NCBI GenBank assembly: GCA_020184695.1
Contig: JAANOX010000224.1
Coordinates: 248,001 to 312,000, forward strand
Direction: 5' to 3'
DNA: 64,000 nt
Source: Histomonas meleagridis 2922-C6/04-290x
Taxonomy: Eukaryota > Protista > Parabasalia
Part shown: positions 19,916 to 32,100 of the stretch, in pieces
Numbering within the stretch: position 1 is the first letter of the stretch
How the letters are laid out: every line of letters starts with the position of its first letter
Program-made: the position numbers and the translations under genes
The notes under the pieces: model-generated
What the model was told of the DNA's origin: nothing
Databases searched by the model: none
What the model saw: the letters and a program-made list of their open reading frames with translations, nothing else

Positions 19916-21469
19916 TTACTCAGGCACTAACCATTTTTCGATTTCTTCCTTATCATTTTCATACGACACAAATGGCTTATCCAATATCACCAACGACGCC
20001 GTACCGCATGCTGGGCAAGACTCCTTCAGCTTACTTATTTGTTCTTTATCATCTTGTGCGCATCCTATTGACAACAAGTAGCAGCTTGTATGCACCAAAT
20101 GTCCGCACGGGAAAGCCTCGAATTGCGAATCGCACGCTGGCCTTCCGCATATGTAACAGAGTGCTTGCGAAGGGTCAATAGTCATTGGGCTTAAGTTTGG
20201 CGTTGACACGAGCGCTCTTTGTTCGTCAGCTCTTATTTCTATCTTCGCCCTCATCTCGTCACTCTCCTTAATATCAGAAGAAGATTGCTGCACCGAATCT
20301 GCGATAATTAATTGCAAATTGCTGAGTTCCATATCAGGTGGGATAACAGGAAGCATGTCGTCGAGAGTTAACTTCTTAGAATGATAAGCAGCTTCAATAA
20401 GTTTATCGAATTTGGTGTCGGGCGGAGCTTTCTCTCTATCACCTAAAAGGCGCATCGCTTGGAGCCAGCATTGCTTGGAATCTTTGGCTGTGCTTAGCGG
20501 CCCTTGTAATAGCCCAATTGTGGTGGCCATTGAGTCTCTAACGCCATAGTTAATAGCTAAGTTATGACGCTTATGACATCGCGCAAATACTTTCGCTGCT
20601 AGTGCATACATATTACGTCGGATTAAAAAGGCGACAAAGTAATCTTTGTCGAGGATTTTGAATTCGGGTTTCTCAAAGAGTTTAACGATTAAGGATTCTT
20701 GGTTCATAATGGCTAAGATAATGAAATATAAAAGAATGTGATGAGGCTCTGTAAATAAGCCCATGTCAAAATATGAGTTAAAGATAAATAGAACATTGCC
20801 TTGGAGTTGTTGTTGAATGTCTTTGATTGTAAGTGATAATTCAACAAATGTATCAAATATTGCGGACATGCCGGGTTTGTCAGAATCAAGTGATTCGGTG
20901 AATTTCATGGTATCGCGCCTGTTGAAACGCATATAAGCTTGGCGTTGCATAATATCACCAACATTAAGGATGTAATTTTGGACTGTACCATAATCTTGGA
21001 CAAGAAAAAGATATGATACAAGAGTTTTATAATCGCCAAAGGCAAGGCAAGCAGCTTGAAGTAAGGAAAGTTCGCTGGATTGAAAAACATACTTCATTAT
21101 AATTTTTTGATTAAGATATTGTTTGTATTCAGTAATAAATTGTTTGATACGTTCAACCTCTTTTCGCTTTTCTTTTGTATCCATTTTGCAAAGTTCGAAT
21201 ATAGCTACTTGAAGAAAAAGATGACAAACAATTTGTTGAGAACTATTACTCGCACCTAAAACAGCAGCTCGTTTATATAAATAAGCCATAAGCATACGTG
21301 GGCAGTTAGCTATGATTTTCATTACATGCTTAAAAGGTAAATTTTGCATAAGAAAAGTTTCTGCAGCTGTATCATATTCTCCTGCTTGTATAGCTTTCAC
21401 AGCCTTTGGTGTTAGTAAAGTTTTAACAGCTTGATTCCTTAATAGGGGTTCTTGAACAAAAAGGGTCAT
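19916..21469 (-). CDS. Vps18/Pep3-like protein (alpha-solenoid + coiled coil + RING-H2), lacking the N-terminal propeller
   Basis: LTLDDMLPVIPPDMELSNLQLIIADSVQQ followed by CYICGRP...FEAFPCGHLVHTSC...CPACG, matching the Vps18 C-terminus. Confidence 0.72.
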   Translation of the reverse strand: MTLFVQEPLLRNQAVKTLLTPKAVKAIQAGEYDTAAETFLMQNLPFKHVMKIIANCPRMLMAYLYKRAAVLGASNSSQQIVCHLFLQVAIFELCKMDTKEKRKEVERIKQFITEYKQYLNQKIIMKYVFQSSELSLLQAACLAFGDYKTLVSYLFLVQDYGTVQNYILNVGDIMQRQAYMRFNRRDTMKFTESLDSDKPGMSAIFDTFVELSLTIKDIQQQLQGNVLFIFNSYFDMGLFTEPHHILLYFIILAIMNQESLIVKLFEKPEFKILDKDYFVAFLIRRNMYALAAKVFARCHKRHNLAINYGVRDSMATTIGLLQGPLSTAKDSKQCWLQAMRLLGDREKAPPDTKFDKLIEAAYHSKKLTLDDMLPVIPPDMELSNLQLIIADSVQQSSSDIKESDEMRAKIEIRADEQRALVSTPNLSPMTIDPSQALCYICGRPACDSQFEAFPCGHLVHTSCYLLSIGCAQDDKEQISKLKESCPACGTASLVILDKPFVSYENDKEEIEKWLVPE

Positions 21470-21729
21470 TCCGCTCTATTGATCTGACAAATACAAAAAG
21501 TGGTGTAAATCACTTTTCATAAACCATACATTTCTTTTATTTTTAAAACTGTGTTTCTTTAGAGTAACCCAAAGATTTAATTTTAGAACGGCTTTAGTTT
21601 ATCTTAAATTCTTCTTTTTTATAATCAAAATACCAAAAATGTTATTAAATATATATTTTATTCTTTTATCTAACACAACAAAAAATTTCAATGTACGATA
21701 CGCACTTTTGATTACTTTACATTAATTTT

Positions 21730-23598
21730 TTAATAGAATTCTTCAACTTCTTCATCAGAATATATTTTAACTAATCTCGTAAAAGAAGGTAAGAAATCCT
21801 TTAAACATATATTTGTCACAAAATTTCTTCTTTCTATACATTCCTTCATTAATTTTCCTATTTTTTCATTGTTCAATTCTTCATCTTTATTAAACATTGC
21901 AGGCAACGCCAATTGATTTGTATCATATATAAATTTTGGAGCGAAAGTTTCATCGTTTTCAGGTAAAAACAAAATTACCGAATTCTGGAAGAACAAAGGG
22001 TTGAAGAATCTTTGGCTTGCGATCATTGTTATTACTTCCACGAATAATTCTGTGTTATTTTTACTCCAATTAATATATTGTTTCCTAGCGTCATTTAACT
22101 CTTCGAATTTCATGTTAAGATTAAATACACGAAATTGGAACTTCGAATTTTCGAATGTTTGCTTTAATAATTCATTAGTATATGTTAGACCTTCAAACCA
22201 AAATATTACGGATTGGATACTAAACGAAGTAAAATCTTTAAGTTTCGGCTCTTTATGTTTTGCATAATCATAAAATCCTTGATTTATCTTCTCGAGAATA
22301 TCTATGTATTCATCGTATACTTGTTTCCATGCAGATTGAAGGTCATTTGACATTAACGATTCGTTAAATTGTCCTTTTTCTAATGCGTTATATGCCTTAG
22401 TACGAATTCGAGTGATTTGTTTGGGATTAGATGCAAGTAAATATTCCTCTATAAGATCATCTGATATATCATTAAATGTATCAGTAACATTGGAACATGT
22501 TAATGACGCATATATTAATGGATGAAGTGGTAATGGTAATTTAAAATGTGACCCTGTTAATGAAAGATTACCTAAAAGAACACCAAAATAATACCAGACT
22601 TGATAATCTTTTTTGGTATTAATTGGCGTTAAATATAGTGATTCTGAAAAATATCCATTAATTATCTGCCGAAAATATTGCTTCAAATCAAAATAATTGA
22701 CAAATACAAAACAATCATCTGATTCTAATAATGATGCAGGGAGTTGATATAATATATTGTCGTCAGGAAAAGCAATAAGTGAATTTGGAGGTTTGATGTC
22801 CTTGAACATTAAATAGTTTACAAAATCGGCGGTTTCGTGAAATGAAATGTCAAATGGAAGTGAATAACGCGTGGGGATGCCTGCAAATTGTGAAAGTGGA
22901 ACATCAGGCGTGAAGCATTCACGTGCAGCTGTAATAGACTCAAGATGGTTTAGCGTTTGGAGAAAAAGTGGCTTTTTTTCATTTTTATATAATTCAACCC
23001 ATTTTTTCTCAGATTCTAAAACATCATTGTCATCAATAAGACCCATCACGTATGCATATTGACATGCTTCAATCATTTCAATGTTATGTTCAAGAACACA
23101 ATAATATAAAGCATTAATGGATCTTTCATTTGTAAATTTAATGGATTTAAGAACATTCATTAAATTCTTAGAAACAAAGTAGTCAACTAATTTGTTGAAT
23201 AAATTGATCTTCTTTTTGTCTAAAACTGATATGATCGGTGTTTTAAAATCTTTGTCGTATTTGTCAATAGGGATATTATTTGCGAATATGAAATCAATTC
23301 CAGGTTTCCATTCTTCTTCAAATGCAACATCAACAGCTGATGGTCCATCCATTTTTGGTCCGTATGTACTTTCATTAATTGGAATCATGGACAAACATTT
23401 TTTAGCTTTAAAGTGAATAGCTGCGCTTATTAGTGCAACATATTGAGGTTCTCCACGAAATAAAATTTTAGTCATAAATCTTTCTAAATCATTTGGATCA
23501 AAAATTTTTAACTGAATTAATTCTGGATTATCTTCTCTTAATGCGTCATTAAATGTTCTTGTTGGCTCAGTCGGATAATCTAAATTAACGCCAATCAA
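21730..23598 (-). CDS. Ankyrin-like N-terminus plus degenerate HECT-like domain
   Basis: YYFGVLLGNLSLTG..LPLPLHPLIYASL resembles the HECT N-lobe; PKFIYDTNQLALPAMF..KIGKLMKECI resembles the C-lobe. ORF starts at TTG 23598, first ATG 23475. Confidence 0.6.
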   Translation of the reverse strand: MIGVNLDYPTEPTRTFNDALREDNPELIQLKIFDPNDLERFMTKILFRGEPQYVALISAAIHFKAKKCLSMIPINESTYGPKMDGPSAVDVAFEEEWKPGIDFIFANNIPIDKYDKDFKTPIISVLDKKKINLFNKLVDYFVSKNLMNVLKSIKFTNERSINALYYCVLEHNIEMIEACQYAYVMGLIDDNDVLESEKKWVELYKNEKKPLFLQTLNHLESITAARECFTPDVPLSQFAGIPTRYSLPFDISFHETADFVNYLMFKDIKPPNSLIAFPDDNILYQLPASLLESDDCFVFVNYFDLKQYFRQIINGYFSESLYLTPINTKKDYQVWYYFGVLLGNLSLTGSHFKLPLPLHPLIYASLTCSNVTDTFNDISDDLIEEYLLASNPKQITRIRTKAYNALEKGQFNESLMSNDLQSAWKQVYDEYIDILEKINQGFYDYAKHKEPKLKDFTSFSIQSVIFWFEGLTYTNELLKQTFENSKFQFRVFNLNMKFEELNDARKQYINWSKNNTELFVEVITMIASQRFFNPLFFQNSVILFLPENDETFAPKFIYDTNQLALPAMFNKDEELNNEKIGKLMKECIERRNFVTNICLKDFLPSFTRLVKIYSDEEVEEFY

Positions 23599-23765
23599 AA
23601 TAGTGACCGTTTAAAATATTTTTCTTCTTTTGCAATTAAACAAATTTTCATCATAAAAAAAATTACGTAAATGAGAATATAGTTGCATGATTGGTTACTT
23701 TTCAAATTATATTTGCATTAAAGAAAAAAAAAATCAATAACAAAACGATTTATACACAAACAAAA

Positions 23766-24701
23766 TTAATTCTTAGAAGCTGGATTTCTGTTTCCTACAA
23801 ATGAGCTTGGAGGCAAAGGCTTTTTCTTCCTACAACAAGGCAACCACTTATACCTTATGCAAGAGAACACAAGTAAAATAGTTGCAATGCATGAAGAAAC
23901 GCCGAACCATATTAAAAGTGTTACTGGTGAATCATATATGATAATTGCTTCGGGACTTGGTAACACAATTGGCTTATGGATACTGTATTCGCCATATATC
24001 ATTTCATGGCATTCAAATGATGTGTTTTCGCTTTGTATTGAGAAGATTGCGCTTCTGTCAGCAAGAAGAAGAGGAGAAATAGATACTATGAAAAGCATAG
24101 GATGATTTGGATCTTTCTTCTCAAAAGTTACATTTCTATTGCTGGTATAGTTTTCTGGTTCAGATAAAAATTGATAATAGTATAAAAAATCAACATTTGA
24201 AATTAGTGATAATGATACATTAATTTTAGTGTTGTGCATGTTCATGAGAAGAACGCACTTGTTAGAGCCAGGGCCAATCGAGAATTCCTGCCATTGGCTG
24301 TTGCTAAATTTGTATGAAACATTGAAATTTGTAGTAATTACTATTCCATCAGGGCATGAATTGGTAGCAATAACGCCAATTGTATAGTTACCACTGATTT
24401 TCGCTTGAATTGTAAAAGATGAATTGGGATTTAATGATCTGATAACATATGGCAAATCACGAGCCTTAGCTTCATATCTTAAATCTAATGTTGAGTTTGC
24501 AACTGTTTGCTGATAATATAATATATTTGCTTCCTGAGGCAGGTCATATAAGATTACATACAAGGGTAAAATTTTTGTCGCATTAATGCAAATTTCTTGG
24601 CCTTCTTCCATAACATATGTATTTATTTCGTGAAGGTGGGCTTCTGCGATTGTTACATTGCAAATACTTTGGGTCGTGGAAAACAAGGCAAGAAAGATCA
24701 T
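23766..24701 (-). CDS. Hypothetical type-I membrane protein
   Basis: Signal-like MIFLALFSTTQS, N-glycosylation sequons, TM LLIWFGVSSCIATILLVFSCI, basic/Cys tail CCRKKKP. Confidence 0.75.
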   Translation of the reverse strand: MIFLALFSTTQSICNVTIAEAHLHEINTYVMEEGQEICINATKILPLYVILYDLPQEANILYYQQTVANSTLDLRYEAKARDLPYVIRSLNPNSSFTIQAKISGNYTIGVIATNSCPDGIVITTNFNVSYKFSNSQWQEFSIGPGSNKCVLLMNMHNTKINVSLSLISNVDFLYYYQFLSEPENYTSNRNVTFEKKDPNHPMLFIVSISPLLLADRSAIFSIQSENTSFECHEMIYGEYSIHKPIVLPSPEAIIIYDSPVTLLIWFGVSSCIATILLVFSCIRYKWLPCCRKKKPLPPSSFVGNRNPASKN

Positions 24702-25197
24702 ATTGCAGCAACGATTAAGTTCTATTCAAAATTTTGATCCGCTTCCAGAAAATTTCAGAGTGTCAAAAACGCTATCGAAAATGGAAATTTCAGTTCACTA
24801 CGATCGTATTCATTTGTTTCTGGTTCATTTTCTACTTTATTCAAATGTTTATGAAACAACTAATCTGGATAAAATTTTTATATTTTCTTTACCTCTTCAT
24901 AATCTTATATTCATTCGGAAGAAATCTCCAAGATGACACATTTTAAAAGCTTTCTTTGTCTTTTATGATGAAATATTTACATTATAACTCATGAATTAAT
25001 ATATGTTAAATATATCAAATTTTTATTTATATGAAAAGATAATTATTAAACATAATTTTGGAGAATAATTTCATTCATTAGTTAAAAAAAATGGAAAATC
25101 TTCGATTAAAATTTTTATGTATCTACTTTTGAAGAATGTTTTTCATAAATTATAGATTGAGTTTAAAGAGATATGATTTTTTTTTCATTAATAATTA

Positions 25198-26546
25198 ATG
25201 TTTTACATGCACATGTTAATTACATATTTTACAATATTTTTTTCAATGATGATTCATTCACAGAGTTTTGAAATTAATTTTTCTAATATTGAAATCATTC
25301 TTCATAGAAATTATAGAGGTTTGAGACCTTCTAGTATAATATTTTGGGATGGAGTCTACATAATTGGACCAAATGCATTTAACACATTACTTTCATTGAC
25401 AAATGTTATATTTTGGCACTCTGTAAGAAGAATTGAACATTATGCCTTCAAAGATTGCATAAACTTAAAGTCAGTATTCTTTGGAAACAATATTACATAT
25501 ATAGGAATATATGCTTTTCAATTTTGCGTTTCATTGGTAAATATTACCTTTTCTAATTCAACAAAGGTAATTGATGATCATGCATTTGGTTCTTGTTATA
25601 GATTAGCAAACATAAAATTAAATATAGGACTAAAGAAAATTGGTGACTTTGCATTCCAAGCTTGCATATCTCTTACTAAAATTTTTATACCAAATTCAGT
25701 AAATATATTAAATATGGGATCTTTTATGGGATGTTCCTTCTTAATATCAGTTACACTAAGTGATGGTCTGGATAAAATACAAGCTCATACTTTTGCAGAT
25801 TGTACACATCTAACAAAAATAGAAATTCCTCGTTCAATTAAAGAAATTTTTATGGGTGCATTTAAAAACTGTACATACTTGAAAGTATTTACCATAAGTG
25901 ATACAGTATCGTTAATTGATGATGGAGTATTTGATCATTGTAAATCTTTAGTTTGTATTAATGTAAGTAAGTCTAATCAATTTTTTTCAAATTATGAAAA
26001 TGATGGAATTCTTTATAATAAAAAAATTACAAAAATTATTCGTATTCCTGAAGGAAAATTAATAGAAAATTATACTTTTCCAGAAAACATTAAACTTAAA
26101 TTTTAAGTTCATTTCTTGACTGTTGCTTCATTAAAAATATTCAAATGAATCAAAAGCTAAGTATAATAGATTATTATACTTTTAAAGGGTGTATTAATTT
26201 GTTAGAAATATTAATTCCAAATTCTGTAAATAAAATCTCTATGTATGCTTTTCAAGGGTGTAATAATTTAAAAACACTCTGCATTGGGAGATCAAATCTA
26301 TTCATAGATGATTATGCTTTTCATCAATGTTCTTCACTGAAGTGTATTTATTATTTTGGAAATATTGAACCAAAGGTTGGAAGAAATGCATTTTTGGATA
26401 TCGGCACTACAACAATCTTTACAAATTCTTCTTATATTAATGAAACATTTGGTACTTTAAATGTACTTAAAGGCGATGATTTTATGGAGTGTCCCCCAAT
26501 TACACTTTATTCATATTTTTATCCTGAAAATGAGGATATATACTAA
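25198..26546 (+). pseudogene. BspA-like gene split by a frameshift (or assembly indel) at ~26098-26104
   Basis: ORF 25198-26106 stops mid-repeat; the other frame from 26100 reads ILSSFLDCCFIKNIQMNQKLSIIDYYTFKGC and continues the LRR pattern to 26546. Confidence 0.7.
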
Positions 26547-26963
26547 TAATAAAAATATTACTTAAAATGGGTTAACATATATTTTTAGGAGATCTACGGG
26601 TATAATTATAAATTTAGTGTAACATTCAATGTATCAAATCTTTTCAAAGAAATTTTCCAAATGATTAAAATAATACTCTTCAAGAACATATATTCAATAA
26701 AGAAAATTATTGAAACAAAATCCCTCTAATTGTAAAATTGCTTGGAAAATTTGGTATAGTTATTTTGATTCCAAAAATATATTACTCAATCAAAACATTT
26801 TTTTGCAATTCAAATTGATTAACCAAATTCCAAAAATTAGATACATTTGTTTATAAAATTTATTTATAACCTATTTATAAAATGTTTCAAACATAAAAAT
26901 AATAAATGTTTTTATGTATGAAATTATTAAAAAAAAAATCATTTGTGTTGATTAGCTTATTAT

Positions 26964-28481
26964 TTATTCTGGTCTTTTCTTAGTGACAGATACTGCAACA
27001 GCGTCTGTAGTTACACCGCAGTTCCATTCCTGGTTTTCTGCCTGTATATAAACATAGCCTTCGTCTCCCCAATATGTGCTCCATGAGTTCTTTACTTCCC
27101 ATGCCTCCTTGCCATCGATTATCTTCCATCCAGTTAAAATGACGGCGTGCACGAGATCATTTGCAGTACCAACACATGTTTCATCATCTACAACGCCACC
27201 AGTATACAATGACATACTTTCGACAACATTAATTCCAATGGATAATGGCCCAAACTTATATAATGCCTTCTTAACTGCTTCTGTTGTACGTGGAATATGA
27301 TAACATGCATCAACATAACCGGCAATTTGTTCGTCGCTAAAGTTTCCGCCACATAATCCAGAAACACCAATGTACGGATAATCACGTTCGTAAACAATTG
27401 GTAAGCTCTTGTTAACATATGATGAAAGCGCCCAATTAACTTCGCCGCCTTGACAGCCATAGTTATCTGCATCCCATGTGCAATCCATGAATTGATTGAC
27501 TGAGATTTCACGGAATTCACCAGTGAGCATAGCAAATTGGGATTCAAGTAATTCAGCGGTACCGAATGCCCAACATGATCCACACGCAACTTGGTCACGG
27601 GGTGCCCCAACGATGGTCGGTTTGTGATCGCGCCATGAGAAACCGTTTGGAAGTGATGGGAGTTCGAAGTTAAGAAGCTTGCTAGTTTCTTCAGATGAAA
27701 GGCAAACATCATCAAATGCACGTGCTTTGAGGTTCTTCAATTTACGGGCTCCAATGATGGTATCATACCAACGTTTACTATCGATATGATGGAATTTGGG
27801 TGTATGATGGAGATTACGTGACTTGATGAGTTCGTTGTTCTTGTGGAAAGAATTGTCATTGCTGCTTGGGAAAAAGAGATTGAATTGATTACCTGGATAT
27901 GGATCATCAAGAATGTCAGGTTCATTACAAATAGATGGGAAGCTCCATACGCCATAGAGAGCATCTGGAATGAATTCATTGATTTCTAATATGTAAACAT
28001 CATAATGGGAATAAAAAAGTGAAATGGCTTGAGCAACATAGGCTACTGGATAACCAGTCTCACTGTCTGTGTACATTTTCCAGGTAGATGTTTTGCCATC
28101 AACTTCAGTTTTGACATAAAGATTGCATAACTTTCCATTGTATGGATAAAGTCCTTCTTGTGCTACATAACCTGCTGGGTCAGGAAGGAATTGTGTTAAT
28201 TCAAGATCCCATTCAGCTGCTGATTTGGAATAACCATAGCAGATCATTTTATCGCCAGCACCAACAATTTTACGATGAATGTGTTCTTCTTTTGTGGTTG
28301 TCCATATTTGTTCAACCCCATTTAATTGATTTGTATATTGACGTCCAGGTTCATGAACGATTGTAATTGGATTTGATAAGTTTGTATATGGTACTTTCCA
28401 GGTTCCACGGATTGTGTATTTCGCAGGCCAGCTAAACATTTCTGGTGCAGCCGTTCCTAAAGCAAGCAGAGAGAAAAGCAT
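26964..28481 (-). CDS. Papain-family (C1A) cysteine protease with signal peptide and long N-terminal extension
   Basis: DQVACGSCWAF (catalytic Cys), GCQGG, LVHAV (His), VKNSWSTYWGDEGY (Asn). Confidence 0.95.
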   Translation of the reverse strand: MLFSLLALGTAAPEMFSWPAKYTIRGTWKVPYTNLSNPITIVHEPGRQYTNQLNGVEQIWTTTKEEHIHRKIVGAGDKMICYGYSKSAAEWDLELTQFLPDPAGYVAQEGLYPYNGKLCNLYVKTEVDGKTSTWKMYTDSETGYPVAYVAQAISLFYSHYDVYILEINEFIPDALYGVWSFPSICNEPDILDDPYPGNQFNLFFPSSNDNSFHKNNELIKSRNLHHTPKFHHIDSKRWYDTIIGARKLKNLKARAFDDVCLSSEETSKLLNFELPSLPNGFSWRDHKPTIVGAPRDQVACGSCWAFGTAELLESQFAMLTGEFREISVNQFMDCTWDADNYGCQGGEVNWALSSYVNKSLPIVYERDYPYIGVSGLCGGNFSDEQIAGYVDACYHIPRTTEAVKKALYKFGPLSIGINVVESMSLYTGGVVDDETCVGTANDLVHAVILTGWKIIDGKEAWEVKNSWSTYWGDEGYVYIQAENQEWNCGVTTDAVAVSVTKKRPE

Positions 28482-29113
28482 CAGAAGAGGTTTTGTTGTC
28501 GGTTCAACCGAAAATTGAAACAGTCAACCGTTAATCACAGAAAACGATGAAACAACAACTCCATATCGATATTGTTATTCTATACTTTATTCAGAAAGTG
28601 GGTAACGACCGTTTGATGAAAAAATAAATATAATTGTTTCGTTCAAAGAAACCAAATCTATCTAAATTTTAAATTGCACAACATATAAAAAAATTCCAGT
28701 GAACAGTTTTCACTAAATATTATAATTTTTATTGATTAAAAAGATATGTGTAATTTATTGTAATGAGAGAATACTATAAATGATGAATTTCAATATAATA
28801 ATATTTATTGTAGCATAAAAATTCGGAAAAATTTAATTTATGAGAAATCGAGAAGAAATTTATACAAATATATTTGTAATTTGTTATAATTCTCACAACA
28901 GTATTAATGAAATTTGAAATTTTATAATAATTCAACAAATGCTTTAGAAAGATCGTTCTTAACATGTGAACACATGTATTTAATTGGAACACGTTTATCA
29001 AAAAGTGATGGATAAAGACAAACAATGTTATGAAAAAGTTTATATAACGATCAAGGCTCTTTGAATAACCGTCCGATCATTAATTTTGAAAAGAGTCACA
29101 TAATTTATTCTAA

Positions 29114-32100
29114 ATGCTCTTGTTCGTGCTATTCGTCAAAGCAAATTCCATAGCATTAAGCAGAGCAACTAAGGAGATATGCTATTCTGTGAGCAAAGGT
29201 CAAACAATCAGTCGAACCGATTTTGATACTCTTGGATATAATTGCATTTCTTTAGAAAAGGATATTCAAAGTATCGACTCTGATGCATTTTATGAATGGA
29301 GTTCTCTTGAAATTTTTCGGGTTGAAGGATCAATTACTTCAATTGGAAACCGTGCATTTTATGAATGTATTTCTTTAGAGGAATTTACTATACCAGAATC
29401 AGTCACATCAATTGGTGAATATGCTTTTTATGGATGTTTATCATTACAAAGCATTACAATTCCAAATTCAATTACGTCCATTCCAAATTCAGCATTTTCC
29501 AAAAGTGGTTTAAGTAGCATCGAAATCTTAGGCCCTTTGGCAACAATTGGTGATTCTGCATTTTCATATACAAGTTTAGTTAACATTGAAATCCCAAAAA
29601 CACTCACAAAAATTGGCTCATCAGCTTTTGCTTCTACTTTATTGAACACAATCACTATACCACAAGGGATTTCATCTCTTGAAAGTTATACATTTTACAA
29701 TTGCACAAATTTAAATAACATAACAATTCCAAAATCTGTTGTTTCTCTTGGTGATTCAGTGTTTGAGAGATGTTTAGCGTTAAATGATCTTACATTTAGT
29801 ACGACAATCACAATGATTGGTGTTTCTGCATTTTCAAATTGTATTCAATTAACAGATATTACATTACCAAACTCAGTCAGATCGCTTGGCGCGCAAATAT
29901 TTTCTCATTGCGAAAGGTTAGTTAGTATTACATTTGGTAATTCACTCACAGGTATCCCAGATTCAGCATTTGAAGGATGTATTCGATTAAAGAAAGTTAA
30001 TGTTACAGAACCAATTACATCCATTGGTAACAAAGCATTTTATGGCTGTAAAAGAATTACAACTATTATAATTGGTAAGACAGTCTCAGAAATACATGAA
30101 CAAGTATTTGTAGGCTGTAATAATTTAGAATCTATTAAAGTTTCTGAAGGAAACAAATATTTCAGGAACAGAGAAAATGGAATAATTCTTTATGATTATA
30201 ATTATCGGGAAATGATACATGTACCAGCAACAGCAACAGCAATAAATATTGCAAACACATTACAAACAATCAAAAGTTATGCATTCTCTAATTCTAAAAT
30301 AAGATATGTTGATTTACCAGATTCTCTTATAACAATTGAACCTTATGCATTTAGTCATTGTAGTTCTTTATATTTAGTTAATTATGGTAATTCGATTGAA
30401 ACAATTGGAGATAATGCATTTGAATATTGTGGATCATTAGAAAGTATTAAAATACCAAAAACAATTAAAACAATTGGTAATAATGTATTTAAATGTTGTT
30501 ACATCTTAAAGAATATTGTTGTTTCATCAGAAAATAAATATTATGCTAATTATGTTGGTGATGGAGTACTTTATGATTATGAAATCAATAAAATTATTAG
30601 TTTTCCATTAGCTAAAGGTACATATTATACAGTGCCTAATCCAGTTACAATTGTTGAAAGTAGAGCATTTTCATGTTGTAGTAAATTAAAGACAATTTAT
30701 TTCAGTAATTCAATTAAACAAATTGGAGAATATGCATTTTATAATTGTACAGCTTTAACATATGTTACTCTTCCTGATTCAATTACTGAAGTATCACCTT
30801 ATGCATTTGCTAATTGTACACGTATGTATACATTAACAATTTCTAATTCAGTTAAAACAATTTCTGAATATGCATTTTGTAATAGTACATTTTTAACAAG
30901 TTTAATAATACCAAATTCAGTTGAAGTCATTAGTGATTATGCATTCTTTAATTGTCATGATATAAAAGATATTATTATAGGTGATTCGGTTACAAAAATT
31001 GGAGATTATTCATTTTATAATTGTTATGCTATTGATAACATTACAATTGGTAAATCAGTCACTGAAATAGGATCAAATGCATTTAAATATTGTACTAAAA
31101 TAAAAGAAATTATACTTCCAGATAATGTTAAAACAATTGGAGATGATGCATTTTGTTATTGTTCTAGATTAAAGTCTATCACAATGGGTAACTTAGTTGA
31201 AACAATTGGTGATTATGCATTTTATGAATGTGAAATGGGCGCAATTAAATTATCAAATAATCTTAAGACAATTGGTGCTTATGTATTTTATAAATGTATA
31301 TATTTATCAACAATTGTAATCCCTGATAATGTTATAACAATTGGAAATTATGCATTTTCTTATTGTAATGGTTTAACTCAAGTTACAATTGGTAAATCTG
31401 TAACTACTATTGGTGATTATGCATTTAGTGAATGTTATAAATTAAAGAAAATTGTAATTAGTGATTCAGTTCAAACAATTGGTAATTATGCATTTGCAAA
31501 TGCATTTGCAAAATCAAATCAATTACAAAGTGTTACATTAGGTAATTCAATCACTGATCTTGGAAATTATACATTTTATAATTGTATTGAATTAAATAAT
31601 ATTATTTTACCAAATAGCTTAACAACAATTGGCGTTCGTACCTTTTATTTCTGTTTTAAATTAACACAAATTACGATTCCTCAAACAATTACAACAATTA
31701 TGAATTATGCATTTTATAAATGTACTGGATTAACAACTATAACATTACCAAATTCATTAACATTAATTGGTGAATATGCATTTTCTGGAACATCTTTTAC
31801 TACAATATATATTCCAGAATCAGTTATAATGATTGGATGTTCAGCATTTTCAGCTTGTTCTAATTTATTATCTATTAATGTATCACCAAATAATACACAT
31901 TATACAAATTATAAAGATGATGGAATTCTTTATGATATAAATATTAAAGAAATTTTATGTTATCCATCAGCTAAAACAGGTTCATATATAATTCCAGAAA
32001 CAATTACTAAAATTGGTTCAAGAGCATTTTATCAATGTAAATTAACAAGTGTATTAATTGGTAATTTAGTTGAAACAATTGGAATTTCTGCATTTGATTC

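Noticed and set aside
28774-29025. 83-aa minus ORF in intergenic DNA (likewise 9706-9915, 24658-24946, 50162-50522)
   Set aside because: Low-complexity AT-rich translations lying in probable promoter regions of real genes.
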